A DNA stretch of 64,000 nucleotides from an uncultured Acidobacteriota bacterium. Its GTDB lineage: Bacteria; Acidobacteriota; Vicinamibacteria; Vicinamibacterales; CAVVIG01. Shown one piece after another: positions 25,412 to 35,441 of this stretch (positions are counted from its first letter, which is position 1; each line of letters begins with the position of its first letter). The position numbers and the translations under genes are program-made. Below the pieces are notes generated by a model. That model was given only the letters and a program-made list of their open reading frames with translations, searched no databases and had not been told where the DNA came from. The stretch covers positions 2,431-66,430 of the forward strand of contig CAWGDD010000009.1 of assembly GCA_963821285.1 (NCBI GenBank), given 5' to 3'.

Positions 25412-27382
25412 CTACATCACTTTCTTCTGGGCCTGCCGCGCCAGGATGCCGGCCAGCGCCAGGAACAGCAGCACGCCCGCGATGTAGCCGCTGCGGCCTT
25501 CGTGCAGGAACGGCACCAGGTTGCCGATGGACTGCGGTCCGGCGATGTTCCCCGTCCCCACGAGCACCGCGAACAGGATCCCGCAGAGCGATCCGCCGGC
25601 GATCAGGCCTGAGCTGAACAGCGTGCCGGAGCTGACGTCGGACTCCTGCGGCGCGCCCGTCCTCCGCTCGACGTAGGCGCGCACGAGGCCTCCGACGAAG
25701 ATCGGCGCCGTCGTCGCGATCGGCAGGTACGATCCTACGGCGAACGACAGCGAACGAATGCCGCAGAGCTCGAGCGCGATCGAGACGAAGACACCGACCA
25801 GCACGAGGCCCCACGGCAGGTTCTGGTCGAGCAGGCCCTTGATGATGGTGGCCATGAGCGTCGCCTGGGGCGCCGGCACCGCGGGGGAGCCGATCGTGAA
25901 CACGCTGTGGAGATACAGGGTGGTCCATCCGATGACCCCCGCCGATGTCACGACGCCGATGATGAGCCCGATCTGCTGGTACTTGGGAGTCGCACCGACG
26001 AGGTATCCGGTCTTCAGATCCTGAGACGTCCCTCCGGCGTTGGCGGCCGCAATGCAAACCACGGCGCCCACGCAAAGTGCGATCGGCCCGTACTGGTTGC
26101 CGGTCCAGCCGAGCGCGACGAATACGAGGCACGTGACGATCAGGGTGGCGATGGTCATCCCCGAGATCGGATTGGAGGAGGTCCCGATGAGGCCCGTGAT
26201 GCGGGATGACACGGTCACGAAAAGAAACCCGAAAACGATGACGAGAATTGCGGCGAGGAAATTGCCCTGCATCGGCATCTTCGGCGCCAGGGCGAGGAAG
26301 ATAGCTAAGAGCAGCGACCCCACGAGCACGAAGATCATCGGCAGATCGCGCTCCGTGCGGACGACGGCACCGCCGCCGGCCCCTGCTCCGAAACCTTTCA
26401 GGCCTTCGCGCGCCGAGGCCAGGATCGTCGGGAGCGTCCGGCCCAGCGTGATGAGCCCGGCCGCGAGCACCGCGCCCGCCCCGATGTAGCGGATGTACGC
26501 GCTCCACATCTGGCCGGCGGCCATCTCGGAGATGAGGAACGGCATCCCGGTCGCGGGGTTGTTCGCGAAGTTGGGGTGTATCGGCGGAAAGGGCACCGGG
26601 ATGTAGGCGCCCAGAATCGTCAGCAGCGGCAGCAGCACCAGCCACGACAGCACGCCGCCGGCGAACATGATGCCGGCGATGCGCGGGCCGATGACGTAGC
26701 CGACGCCCATGTACTCGGGCGAGATGTCGACGTTCAGGGTCGCGTTCGGAAACTGGCTGCCGCGCGGCGTGGAATAGTCGAGTTCGGTCAGGAAGATGTT
26801 GAACACCCACGAGAGGGACTTCCACAGCGCGCCGATGCCGAGACCGCCGAACACCATCGACGCGAGCTTTCCGCCGCGCTCGCCGGCGACCAGCACGTCC
26901 GCGCACGCGGTCCCTTCCGGGTACGGCAGCACGCCGTGTTCCTTGACGATCAGCGCGCGCCGGAGCGGCACCATCATCAGGACGCCCAGAATACCGCCCG
27001 CGAACGCGAGCATCGAGATCTGGTAGTAGTTGAAGTAGCCCGGCCCGTCCGGCGTCAGGAAGATCAGCGCGGGGATCGTGAACACCACGCCGCCGGCCAC
27101 CGACTCGCCGGCCGACCCGATCGTCTGGACGATGTTGTTCTCGAGGATGGACGAGCCGCCGAGTCTCTTGAGCACCGAGATGGCCAGTACGGCGATCGGA
27201 ATGGACGCGCTGACGGTAAGGCCCGCACGCAGGCCCAGGTACACGGTGGAGGCGCCGAACAGGAGCCCGAACAGCACGCCGATGATGACGGCCTTGAGCG
27301 TGAACTCGGCCGGCGACTGCGAGGCCGGGACGTAGGGCTGAAAGGCGCGCGCCCCTGACGGTGAACCGGCGGGATTGGCCAT
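25412..27382 (-). CDS. OPT-family oligopeptide transporter
   Basis: About 656 aa polytopic membrane protein with FTLKAVIIGVLFG...STVYLGL..GLT...SIP and other OPT-like blocks. Start set at MANPAGS. Confidence 0.85.
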   Translation of the reverse strand: MANPAGSPSGARAFQPYVPASQSPAEFTLKAVIIGVLFGLLFGASTVYLGLRAGLTVSASIPIAVLAISVLKRLGGSSILENNIVQTIGSAGESVAGGVVFTIPALIFLTPDGPGYFNYYQISMLAFAGGILGVLMMVPLRRALIVKEHGVLPYPEGTACADVLVAGERGGKLASMVFGGLGIGALWKSLSWVFNIFLTELDYSTPRGSQFPNATLNVDISPEYMGVGYVIGPRIAGIMFAGGVLSWLVLLPLLTILGAYIPVPFPPIHPNFANNPATGMPFLISEMAAGQMWSAYIRYIGAGAVLAAGLITLGRTLPTILASAREGLKGFGAGAGGGAVVRTERDLPMIFVLVGSLLLAIFLALAPKMPMQGNFLAAILVIVFGFLFVTVSSRITGLIGTSSNPISGMTIATLIVTCLVFVALGWTGNQYGPIALCVGAVVCIAAANAGGTSQDLKTGYLVGATPKYQQIGLIIGVVTSAGVIGWTTLYLHSVFTIGSPAVPAPQATLMATIIKGLLDQNLPWGLVLVGVFVSIALELCGIRSLSFAVGSYLPIATTAPIFVGGLVRAYVERRTGAPQESDVSSGTLFSSGLIAGGSLCGILFAVLVGTGNIAGPQSIGNLVPFLHEGRSGYIAGVLLFLALAGILARQAQKKVM

Positions 27383-27432
27383 ATGGAGCGCGATATTAGC
27401 ATGCGGTCTTTTGCTACAATTCTGATCAGCTT

Positions 27433-28108
27433 GTGAAAAACGCGAACAAAGACGGGGCGAAGACGGCATCGGGCAAGGCGAGCGGCGACCAGGTGTCCGA
27501 GCTCACCACCAATCGCCTGTCGGTCTACCTGCGCTGCCTGAACACCCTGGAGGAAGCCGGCGTCCGCGCGATCTCGTCGCAGGCGCTGGCCGAACAGTTT
27601 CACCTGAACGCCGCCCAGATTCGGAAGGACCTGGCGTACTTCGGGGAGTTCGGCGTCCGGGGGGTGGGCTACTACGTGCGCGACTTGAAGCGCCACCTCC
27701 GCCAGATCCTCGGCCTCGATCGCAACCTGCGCGTGGCCATCATCGGTGCCGGCAACCTGGGCCTCGCGCTGGCCGATTACCCCGGCTTCCGCCAGGAGGG
27801 TTTCGAGATCCTGGCGCTCTTCGATACGCTCAGCGCCAAGGTCGGCCAGCAGTCGCGCGGGGGCGTACCGATTCACGCGGTGGCGGACCTCAGGAAGATC
27901 GCGCGCCGCGACGGCATCAGCATCGCCGTCATCGCCGTGCCGGCGCCGTCGGCGCAGCTCGTGGTCAACCAGGTCGTCGCCGCCGGCATCAAGGCCGTCC
28001 TCAATTTTTCGCCCGGCACGCTCGAGGTGCCGCCGGGGGTGAAGATGAAGAGCGTGGACCTCACGGTCTCGCTCGAGAGCCTGTCGTTCTTCCTGGCGCG
28101 GGCCGACC

Positions 28109-28119
<11 letters not shown>
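27433..28119 (+). CDS. rex: Redox-sensing transcriptional repressor Rex
   Basis: [10 protein letters not shown]...G...ISS..LA.......[20 protein letters not shown], plus Rossmann IIGAGNLG. Confidence 0.9.
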
Positions 28120-28630
<511 letters not shown>

Positions 28631-28635
28631 GAACG

Positions 28636-29490
28636 ATGAAGCCGCTGTGTCTCGCGCTGGGTCTATTTGCGGTTCTTGTATTCCCCGGCCTGCCAAGCCC
28701 GGCCCGCCCGCCCGGCCTGCCCGTTCCGGCCGTCTCCGCCCAAGTCCCGGCCGTGCCTCCATCGTCATCCCGCGCGCCGGTGTGGGGCTATCAGATCATC
28801 CGAGCGTATCCCCACGACGCCGAGGCGTTCACGCAGGGTCTCGAATACGTCGACGGCTTCTTCTACGAAGGTACCGGCCTGAACGGCCGATCGTCCATCC
28901 GCAAGGTGAAGCTCGAGACGGGCGATGTGGTGCAGCGGCGCGCGGTCGGTGCGGAGCACTTCGGCGAGGGCATCACCGTCTGGAACGACACGCTGGTCGA
29001 GCTCACCTGGCAGTCGCAGGTGGCGCTCGTCTACGATCGGCGGACGTTTCAGCCGCTCCGCACCTTCTCGTACTCCGGCGAAGGATGGGGGCTGACGCAC
29101 GACGCGGCGAACCTGATCATGAGCGACGGCACGGCCGCGCTGAGGTTCCTCGACCCGGCCACGTTTCGCGAGCGCCGCCGCGTGACGGTGACCGATGCCG
29201 GCGTGCCCGTGACGGCGCTGAACGAGCTGGAGTTGGTGAAGGGCGAGGTGTGGGCCAACGTGTGGACCACGGACTTCATCGCCCGCGTGGACCCTGTGAC
29301 GGGGCGCGTGGCCGGCTGGATCGATTTGCGAGGCCTGCTGCCCGCCCGCGAGCGCGCCGGCGACGCCGTGCTGAACGGGATCGCGTACGACGCCGCCAAC
29401 GACCGTCTCTTCGTGACCGGCAAACTCTGGCCGCGCCTGTTCGAGATCAAGGTCGTCAGTCGACAGTCAGCAGTCGGCAGTCGGCAGTAA
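28636..29490 (+). CDS. Glutaminyl-peptide cyclotransferase (bacterial/plant-type glutamine cyclotransferase)
   Basis: YQIIRAYPHDAEAFTQGLEYVDGFFYEGTGLNGRSSIRKVKLETG, NELE...GEVWANVW, NGIAYD. The C-terminal SRQSAVGSRQ comes from a heptamer array. Confidence 0.85.
   Translation: MKPLCLALGLFAVLVFPGLPSPARPPGLPVPAVSAQVPAVPPSSSRAPVWGYQIIRAYPHDAEAFTQGLEYVDGFFYEGTGLNGRSSIRKVKLETGDVVQRRAVGAEHFGEGITVWNDTLVELTWQSQVALVYDRRTFQPLRTFSYSGEGWGLTHDAANLIMSDGTAALRFLDPATFRERRRVTVTDAGVPVTALNELELVKGEVWANVWTTDFIARVDPVTGRVAGWIDLRGLLPARERAGDAVLNGIAYDAANDRLFVTGKLWPRLFEIKVVSRQSAVGSRQ
28685..28729 (+). repeat. 9-mer tandem array, 5 x CCGGCCTGC/CCCGCCCGC (complement orientation of 28581 array), inside the 5' coding region of the cyclotransferase gene
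   Basis: Read directly. It encodes PGLPSPARPPGLPVP just after the signal-peptide hydrophobic core. Confidence 0.85.
29457..29490 (+). repeat. Heptamer tandem array, about 5 x CAGTCGG, containing the stop codon of the cyclotransferase gene
   Basis: Read directly. Confidence 0.9.
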
Positions 29491-29502
29491 CCCCCGATCC
29501 CC

Positions 29503-29523
29503 AACCTCTAACCTCTAACCTCT
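29503..29523 (+). repeat. Heptamer tandem array, 3 x AACCTCT
   Basis: Read directly. It abuts the lepB stop codon at 29525-29527. Confidence 0.85.
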
Positions 29524-29524
29524 A

Positions 29525-30202
29525 CTAGAACATCCTCGCCGTCGGCACCGGCCACCAGCGCAGCTGGATCTTGCCGATGATGTAGCGCTTCGGCACCATG
29601 CCCCAGTGGCGGCTGTCCGAGCTGTTGTTCCGGTGATCGCCCATCACGAAGTCGTAGCCCTCGGGAATCATCTGCGGGCCCCAGTCGTCGTGGCTCCGGT
29701 AATCGGCCGGCACGTAGTCGTCGCGCAGCGGGATGTCGTTGACGTAGACGCGGCCGTCCACGATGCGCACGGTGTCGCCTTCTTCGGCGATGACGCGTTT
29801 GACGAACGACTTGTCCGGGTTCAGCGGGTAGTAGAGCATCACGATGTCGCCGCGGCGCGGCTCGCCGATCCGGTAGACCAGCTTGTTGACGATGAGGCGG
29901 TCCTGATCCTCGAGCGTCGGCGCCATGCTCTGGCCCTCGACGCGCGCGACCTGGACGCCGAACGTGACGATCAGGACGGCGTACACCGCGGCCGACGCCA
30001 GCGTCTTGACCCAGGCCACCAGCTCTTCCTGCACCTGCGCCAGCTGGATGGCCGGACTCGGGACCGGCACCTGCTGCAGCTGGGCGTCGGACGCGGTCAG
30101 AGCTTCAAGTACTCTTTGAGCCGGCGCGTCTGCGTGCGGCTCACCGGGATCTCCGTCGCCTTCTCGTCTTTCATTCTCAGGATGTAGTTCCGATTGAACC
30201 AA
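29525..30202 (-). CDS. lepB: Signal peptidase I
   Basis: GQSMAPTL (catalytic Ser box), RGDIVM, GDHRNNSSDSRHWG. Start uncertain: the longest ORF overlaps the upstream gene by 106 nt, and a GTG at 30070 is an alternative. Confidence 0.85.
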   Translation of the reverse strand: MVQSELHPENERREGDGDPGEPHADAPAQRVLEALTASDAQLQQVPVPSPAIQLAQVQEELVAWVKTLASAAVYAVLIVTFGVQVARVEGQSMAPTLEDQDRLIVNKLVYRIGEPRRGDIVMLYYPLNPDKSFVKRVIAEEGDTVRIVDGRVYVNDIPLRDDYVPADYRSHDDWGPQMIPEGYDFVMGDHRNNSSDSRHWGMVPKRYIIGKIQLRWWPVPTARMF

Positions 30203-30894
30203 GGGACGATCTCCTTGATCTTGTTGATGTTCACAAGATGTGAGCGGTGGACGCGGAAGAAGACGCCGGGATCGAGCCGTTCCTGCAGCTCGTCGAGCGT
30301 CCGGTAATTCGATGTGCCGACGTGTTTGCCGGCCGCCACGGTGATGACGTCATCGGTCAGCGACGCAAACACCACATCGTCGGCCTGGACGAGGACAAAG
30401 CGTTCGCCGACCTTGAGGGCCAGCCGCTCGCGCCTGTTCCGGCGCTCGGCGACGCGTTCGACAATCTGTTCGAGCTGTTCGGCGGTGACGCCGGGCGCCA
30501 CGTCACCTGAGTCGGGGGACCGCTCGAAGGCGACGAGCCGGCGCGCGCGCGTGACGGCGACGTCGAGCCGCGCCGGATCGACCGGCTTCAGCAGGTAGTC
30601 GACGGCGTTCACTTCGAACGCCTCGATCGCGTGCTGGTCGTACGCGGTCACGAAGATGATGTGCGACGCCGCGTGCGCGTCGATCATGCGCCGCGCGACC
30701 TCGAAGCCGGTGAGGCCGGGCATCTGGACGTCGAGGAACACGACGTCCGGCTGGAGCCGGCCGATCGTGGTCAGGGCTTCGACGCCGTCGCCCGCCTGGC
30801 CGATCACCGACACTCCGCCGACCTGACCCAGCAGGAACCCCAGCTCGTCGCGCGCGAGCTGCTCGTCGTCGACGAGGACGGCCTTGAGGTCCAT
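30097..30894 (-). CDS. LytR/AlgR-family response regulator (receiver plus LytTR DNA-binding domain)
   Basis: Receiver motif VLVDDE...PDVVFLDVQMPG..G. C-terminal LytTR-like FFRVHRSHLVNI..I. Confidence 0.9.
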   Translation of the reverse strand: MDLKAVLVDDEQLARDELGFLLGQVGGVSVIGQAGDGVEALTTIGRLQPDVVFLDVQMPGLTGFEVARRMIDAHAASHIIFVTAYDQHAIEAFEVNAVDYLLKPVDPARLDVAVTRARRLVAFERSPDSGDVAPGVTAEQLEQIVERVAERRNRRERLALKVGERFVLVQADDVVFASLTDDVITVAAGKHVGTSNYRTLDELQERLDPGVFFRVHRSHLVNINKIKEIVPWFNRNYILRMKDEKATEIPVSRTQTRRLKEYLKL

Positions 30895-30897
30895 CGA

Positions 30898-32217
30898 TCA
30901 GGCCGTCACGCGTTCGGGCACGGCCAGCTCCGGGATTTCGAGGCTGACCGCCATGCCCTGTCCGGGGGCGCTCTTGAACCGCAGCTGGCACTGGGCGCCG
31001 TAGATCGTCCGCAGCCGCTCGTTGACGTTGCTGAGGCCGATGCCGCGCCCGAGCACCTGCTCCATGCGTTCCTCGGACATGCCCATGCCGTCGTCCACGA
31101 CTTCGATGATCGTGTGGCCGTTGTGCGGGCGGCTGGCGATCGTAATCCGGCCGCCGCCGACCTTCGGCGCCAGGCCGTGCTTGATCGAGTTCTCGATGAG
31201 CGGCTGCAGGATGAGGCTCGGCACGGTGACGTCGAGCGTCGCCGGGTGGATCTGCTTGACCACCCTGAGCTGGGGGCCGAACCGCGTCGTCTCGATGTGG
31301 AGGTACTCGTCGATGGCCTCGAGCTCCTCGCGCAGCGTGACGAAGTGATCGGTGCTGCGCAGCAGTCGCCGCAGGAGGCCCGAGAGTTTCGTGATGAGGA
31401 CGCGCGCCGTTTCCGGCTGCGTGCGGATGAGCGAGGAGATCGATGTGAGGGTGTTGAACAGGAAATGCGGGTTGATCTGGTTCGCGAGGGCTTCGAGCTT
31501 GGCTGCGAGCAGGAGTTTTTCCTGTTCCTGGAGACGATGCTCGATGCGCGCGTTGTTCCAGATCTTGATCGGCGTGGCGACGGCCAGCACGGTCGCGAAT
31601 ACGATGATGACGAGCCACACCGAGCGCGGCGAGCCCGGCGCCATGAAGAAGAGGCGGTGGTAGCGCGCGCCGAGCAGCTGCCGGATGATCTCGAGGCCGA
31701 TCGGCGCGAGCAGCAGCATGACCTGCCAGTCCACCTTCAGCGACCGGAGCATCTGCCAGGCGCGCCGGTGGAGGCTGGTGAAGACGAACGGCGAGAACTG
31801 CCAGAGGACGTCCTTGGGGCACAGCTCGCGGAGCCCGCCGCCCGCGAACCCGCAGCCGATGGCGAACGGCAGGGCGATGAATTCGTGCGAGAAGAGCGGA
31901 GGGATGCCGACCATCACCCCGACGGCGAACCCCGCGTACGGGCCGTCGATTAGTCCCGCCAGAAACGCGCCTTCGAGCGTGAGATCGGCGGCCTGGTAGC
32001 CCAGGACGAGACGCGCCACCACCCCCAGTGACAGCAGGCTGCCCAGGCTCAAGGCGAAGGTGAGCCGGTCGGGCGACGGCCGCTGCTCGAAGATCAGGAA
32101 GTGGCGAAACCGCCGGAACCGCACCAGAATCGTCGCGGCGGCCGCCATCACGGCTAGTTTCACGACCAGCGTCGTGAGCAGCACCTGGTCCGTCGGGAGT
32201 GAATTCGGCCCCGGCAT
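30898..32217 (-). CDS. LytS-type sensor histidine kinase (multi-TM sensor, His_kinase and HATPase_c)
   Basis: QINPHFLFNTLTSISSLI, LILQPLIENSIKHG, DDGMGM, and GIGLSNV.ERL. Confidence 0.85.
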   Translation of the reverse strand: MPGPNSLPTDQVLLTTLVVKLAVMAAAATILVRFRRFRHFLIFEQRPSPDRLTFALSLGSLLSLGVVARLVLGYQAADLTLEGAFLAGLIDGPYAGFAVGVMVGIPPLFSHEFIALPFAIGCGFAGGGLRELCPKDVLWQFSPFVFTSLHRRAWQMLRSLKVDWQVMLLLAPIGLEIIRQLLGARYHRLFFMAPGSPRSVWLVIIVFATVLAVATPIKIWNNARIEHRLQEQEKLLLAAKLEALANQINPHFLFNTLTSISSLIRTQPETARVLITKLSGLLRRLLRSTDHFVTLREELEAIDEYLHIETTRFGPQLRVVKQIHPATLDVTVPSLILQPLIENSIKHGLAPKVGGGRITIASRPHNGHTIIEVVDDGMGMSEERMEQVLGRGIGLSNVNERLRTIYGAQCQLRFKSAPGQGMAVSLEIPELAVPERVTA

Positions 32218-32256
32218 GATTTACATTGATCTTATCGGCCGGGTAAACTGAGGGCA

Positions 32257-32700
32257 ATGGGTGTCATTCGGCCTCTCCTCGTCGGGTTCGCGACGACGTT
32301 CAAGCACATTTTCAAGAAGCCCGTGACGGTGAACTACCCGGACCAGAAGGTCCCGATGTTCCCGAAATACCGCGGCAAACAGGTGCTGATGCGCGACGAG
32401 AACGATCTCGAGAAGTGCGTCGCCTGCGGCCTGTGCTCGGTCGCCTGCCCGGCCGATGCCATCTATCTCGAGGCCCAGGAAAACACCGGCCACGTCCAGG
32501 CGGGCCCGCGCTACGCCGCGGTGTACCAGATTCACAAGACGCGCTGCATCTTCTGCGGCTACTGCGAGGAGGCCTGCCCCGTCGGCGCCATCTTCATGGG
32601 CAAGGACTACGAACTGGCCGTCTACAGCAAGGACGACTTCGTGTGGGACAAGACGGACCTTCTGGTGCCCGCGTCGACCACGCGAACGCAGACCCCGTAA
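32257..32700 (+). CDS. nuoI: NADH-quinone oxidoreductase subunit I-like 2x[4Fe-4S] ferredoxin
   Basis: TVNYPDQK......RG, then CVACGLCSVACPADAI and CIFCGYCEEACPVGAI. No other nuo genes are in the window. Confidence 0.8.
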   Translation: MGVIRPLLVGFATTFKHIFKKPVTVNYPDQKVPMFPKYRGKQVLMRDENDLEKCVACGLCSVACPADAIYLEAQENTGHVQAGPRYAAVYQIHKTRCIFCGYCEEACPVGAIFMGKDYELAVYSKDDFVWDKTDLLVPASTTRTQTP

Positions 32701-32701
32701 C

Positions 32702-32728
32702 GGCAGGCAAGGCAGGCAGGGCAGGCGA
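32702..32728 (+). repeat. 9-mer tandem array, 3 x GGCAGGCAR
   Basis: Starts 2 nt after the nuoI stop. Degenerate complementary copies (CGCCTGCCC) occur at 32763-32796. Confidence 0.85.
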
Positions 32729-32762
32729 AAACCGATGATCGCTTCGTCAGAACTGCCCGGCT

Positions 32763-32796
32763 CGCCTGCCCGCGCCAGTTCTGTCCGCCTGCCCCG
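32763..32796 (+). repeat. Degenerate complementary 9-mer copies (2 x CGCCTGCCC)
   Basis: CGCCTGCCC at 32763-32771 and 32786-32794. Together with 32702-32728 this gives an inverted arrangement. Confidence 0.6.
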
Positions 32797-32799
32797 CAG

Positions 32800-33495
32800 A
32801 TGACGATCGGCGCGCTCGGCGACATCCACGGCGAGTTCGACACCGTCCAGGAGATCATGCGCCGGCACGCGGACGTGCCGTTCTGGCTGCAAGTGGGCGA
32901 CGTCGCGAGCAACGACGGCGAGTACTTCACACCCGCCGCGCCCCTCTACTGGATCAAGGGCAACAACGAGGACTTCGACGTGGTGGCCGAGGCAGCGGCC
33001 GGCCGTTCGCCGGCGCCGACGCTGCACTACCTGCGCAACGGCGCGCTCCATCACGTGGGGCAGTGGCGCGTCGCGGCGCTGGGGGGCACGTTCGCGCCGA
33101 GCTGGTACAACGCGCCGGCCTCGGCTCTGCCGCCGTCCAGGGGACACAGGACCACGACCGCCTTCGTCAAGCTGGGCAAGCGGCGCGACGATAAACGCCG
33201 GCATTTCGTCAAGGACGAGGTCCTGGCGTGCAAGGCGCTCGCGGGCATCGACGTGTTCCTGACGCACGAGGCGCCGAGGCCGTTCTATCCCGCGGGGCGG
33301 CATATTGACGCAGGGAAGACCGTCTTGAACGAAATTCTCACCACCATGCGGCCGCGGCTGCATCTGTTCGGCCACCATCACGAATTCACCGATTCGGCCC
33401 GACAGGGCGTCCGGTCGATCGGACTCGACCTGGTGACGAAATCGTATTTGCTCATCAACGACGAAACCTTTCGCTGCGAGCGGCTCGATACGTGA
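32800..33495 (+). CDS. Metallophosphoesterase family protein
   Basis: GDIHGEF, GNNED, THE.P, and GHHH motifs in calcineurin-like order. Confidence 0.7.
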   Translation: MTIGALGDIHGEFDTVQEIMRRHADVPFWLQVGDVASNDGEYFTPAAPLYWIKGNNEDFDVVAEAAAGRSPAPTLHYLRNGALHHVGQWRVAALGGTFAPSWYNAPASALPPSRGHRTTTAFVKLGKRRDDKRRHFVKDEVLACKALAGIDVFLTHEAPRPFYPAGRHIDAGKTVLNEILTTMRPRLHLFGHHHEFTDSARQGVRSIGLDLVTKSYLLINDETFRCERLDT

Positions 33496-33552
33496 TATTA
33501 CGCACTGACATGGACTTCGCTGACCTTCCCATGTATAGTTCCGAAGGCACTG

Positions 33553-34254
33553 ATGGCCATTTTTGAGCCGCCGTCGACGCAGTCGCGCGAGGAGTTCATC
33601 GGGTCCGACGCCGCCTCGCGCGCGTTGTCGGTGGCCGTCGTCGAAAACGACTTCGTCGAGCGGGTCTACGAGAACATCGCGTGGGCCTACGACGCCTTCT
33701 TTGGGCCGACGCTGCACCCTGGACGCGTCCAGGCGATCCAGCGCATGGCCATCGGTCCCCGCGATCGCGTGCTCGAGGTGGGCGTCGGCACCGGAATCAA
33801 CGCGGCGCTCTATCCGCGTTCGTGCTCGGTCACCGGCATCGACTTCTCGGGATCCATGCTGGAAAAGGCCCGCGACCGGATGGCCCGCAAGGGCATCCGC
33901 AACGTGCGCCTGCTCGAGATGGATGCGGCCGACCTCAAGTTCGCCGACGACACCTTCGACATCGTGTACGCGCCGTACGTCATCAGCGTCGTTCCCGACC
34001 CTGTAGCCGTCGTGCGCGAGATGCAGCGTGTCTGCCGCCCCGGCGGGCGGGTCGTCGTCCTCAACCATTTCCGCAGCCCGCACAGGGCGCTGGCAACCGT
34101 CGAACGGGCCATCTCGCCCTTCACGGTTCACATCGGCTTCAAGTCGGATCTCGACCTGCCCGCTTTCATCGCCCAGGCCAACCTTCGTCCCGTGTCAATC
34201 GAGAAGGTGAACCTGCTGGGGCTCTGGTCGCTCATCACCTGCGTCAAGCCATAA
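33553..34254 (+). CDS. Class I SAM-dependent methyltransferase
   Basis: Motif I VLEVGVGTG. Also LEMDAADL.F.D.TFD and GGRVVV. Confidence 0.8.
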   Translation: MAIFEPPSTQSREEFIGSDAASRALSVAVVENDFVERVYENIAWAYDAFFGPTLHPGRVQAIQRMAIGPRDRVLEVGVGTGINAALYPRSCSVTGIDFSGSMLEKARDRMARKGIRNVRLLEMDAADLKFADDTFDIVYAPYVISVVPDPVAVVREMQRVCRPGGRVVVLNHFRSPHRALATVERAISPFTVHIGFKSDLDLPAFIAQANLRPVSIEKVNLLGLWSLITCVKP

Positions 34255-35299
34255 GACCAAGAATTTCGTCCGCGGCCACCTGAGCCCCGTCAACGCGCGC
34301 GGTGTCAGGCGGCGACGGCTGCGCGAGCAGCGCGCGGACCGCCCCGGACCATCGGCCCGCCAGAAAATCTGATCGATCGAGATAGCGGCAGCGCAGAACA
34401 CGCGGCATCCCGGCGACGAACACCTCGTACTCGGCGAATCGTCCGCGCGAGGTGTAGAGCAACGGCGTCCCGTTGGCGACGCATTCCGACACGATGCCGT
34501 AGCCGGGCTTACTGACGACGACGTCGGCCGCGGCCACCAGATCCGGATAGCTCAGCCCCGCCGGCGGCTCGCGCTCCGGCGCCAGCACGGTCAGGTGTTC
34601 CGTGTCGGCGATGTGCTGATACGGCAGGTCGAGGTCCGCGGCGCTGAAGCAGGCCAGCACGAACGGCCGATTGCCGGCGATACCGAGCCGCTCGCGCGTC
34701 TCGGCCGCATCGCGCGTCGAGCGCCGCGCGATGAACGGGATGTCGGACGTCACGGTCGCCATCGCGTCGAATCCGCCATGGAGCGGCAGCCGCAGGGCAC
34801 GAGTGGCCGTGGCATACGCGTCGCGGACGACGCCGATGACATCAGCCCCGTCGTTTCCCACCGCGCCGAACGCGTCGTACGCGCGGTAGATCCAATCCCA
34901 GGTGAAGTTCCCGATCGCGACGGACGGCACGCGGGCCTGTGCCGCCGCCGCGAACGCAAGAGGCGGGATGTCGCCCAGGACCACCGTCGCGCGTTCGGCC
35001 AACAGGAAGGCGGCCTCCTCGTCCACACGCCGATCGAACGTCCCATAGAACCTTGCCGCGCGACGCGCCGTCTCGGGCTCGTCGACGTTCAGGCTGTCGA
35101 TCTGGACGACGCCGGTATCCGTTTCGATCGGCCTCACCTCCGCGTGCGCCGGCGCCGTCGCTCGAAACAGCCACAACGGCACCGCCGTGCGGACGATGAG
35201 CCGCGCATCCGGCCGGCGCGCGGCCAGCTCCGTCAGCAGCTCAATGCTGCGCGAGGCGTGGCCGAAGCCATGGCCGGAGATATAGAAGACGATGGTCAC
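34244..35299 (-). CDS. Glycosyltransferase-like protein (GT1/MJ1255-like fold)
   Basis: N-terminus VTIVFYISGHGFGHASRSIEL. C-terminus VVSKPGYGIVSE...G.P. GTG start chosen so that the protein begins at the conserved N-terminus. Confidence 0.55.
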   Translation of the reverse strand: MTIVFYISGHGFGHASRSIELLTELAARRPDARLIVRTAVPLWLFRATAPAHAEVRPIETDTGVVQIDSLNVDEPETARRAARFYGTFDRRVDEEAAFLLAERATVVLGDIPPLAFAAAAQARVPSVAIGNFTWDWIYRAYDAFGAVGNDGADVIGVVRDAYATATRALRLPLHGGFDAMATVTSDIPFIARRSTRDAAETRERLGIAGNRPFVLACFSAADLDLPYQHIADTEHLTVLAPEREPPAGLSYPDLVAAADVVVSKPGYGIVSECVANGTPLLYTSRGRFAEYEVFVAGMPRVLRCRYLDRSDFLAGRWSGAVRALLAQPSPPDTARVDGAQVAADEILGLMA

Positions 35300-35368
35300 G
35301 GCTTCCAAGGTGCTCTGGCGGCCACGGTTCCCAACGTGCTGCCAGCACTGTGCATGTTCTTCGCACCC

Positions 35369-35436
35369 GAGCACGTTGCGGTGTTCCTGACGCCGTGAGC
35401 ACCTTGCGGGGCTCTTGATGGCCGAGCACTCTGCGC
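35369..35436. repeat. Three direct copies of a 13-mer GAGCAC(G/C/T)(T/C)TGCG(G/C) spaced 27-28 nt
   Basis: Copies at 35369-35381, 35397-35409 and 35424-35436, upstream of the glycosyltransferase-like gene. Confidence 0.7.
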
Positions 35437-35441
35437 GTTCT

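Noticed and set aside
27427-27450. Rex operator at the rex start (TTGTGAAAAACGCGAACAAA)
   Set aside because: Only one half-site (TTGTGAA) fits the Rex box as I recall it (TTGTGAA-N6-TTCACAA). The second half is GAACAAA, and the sequence overlaps the start codon and coding region.
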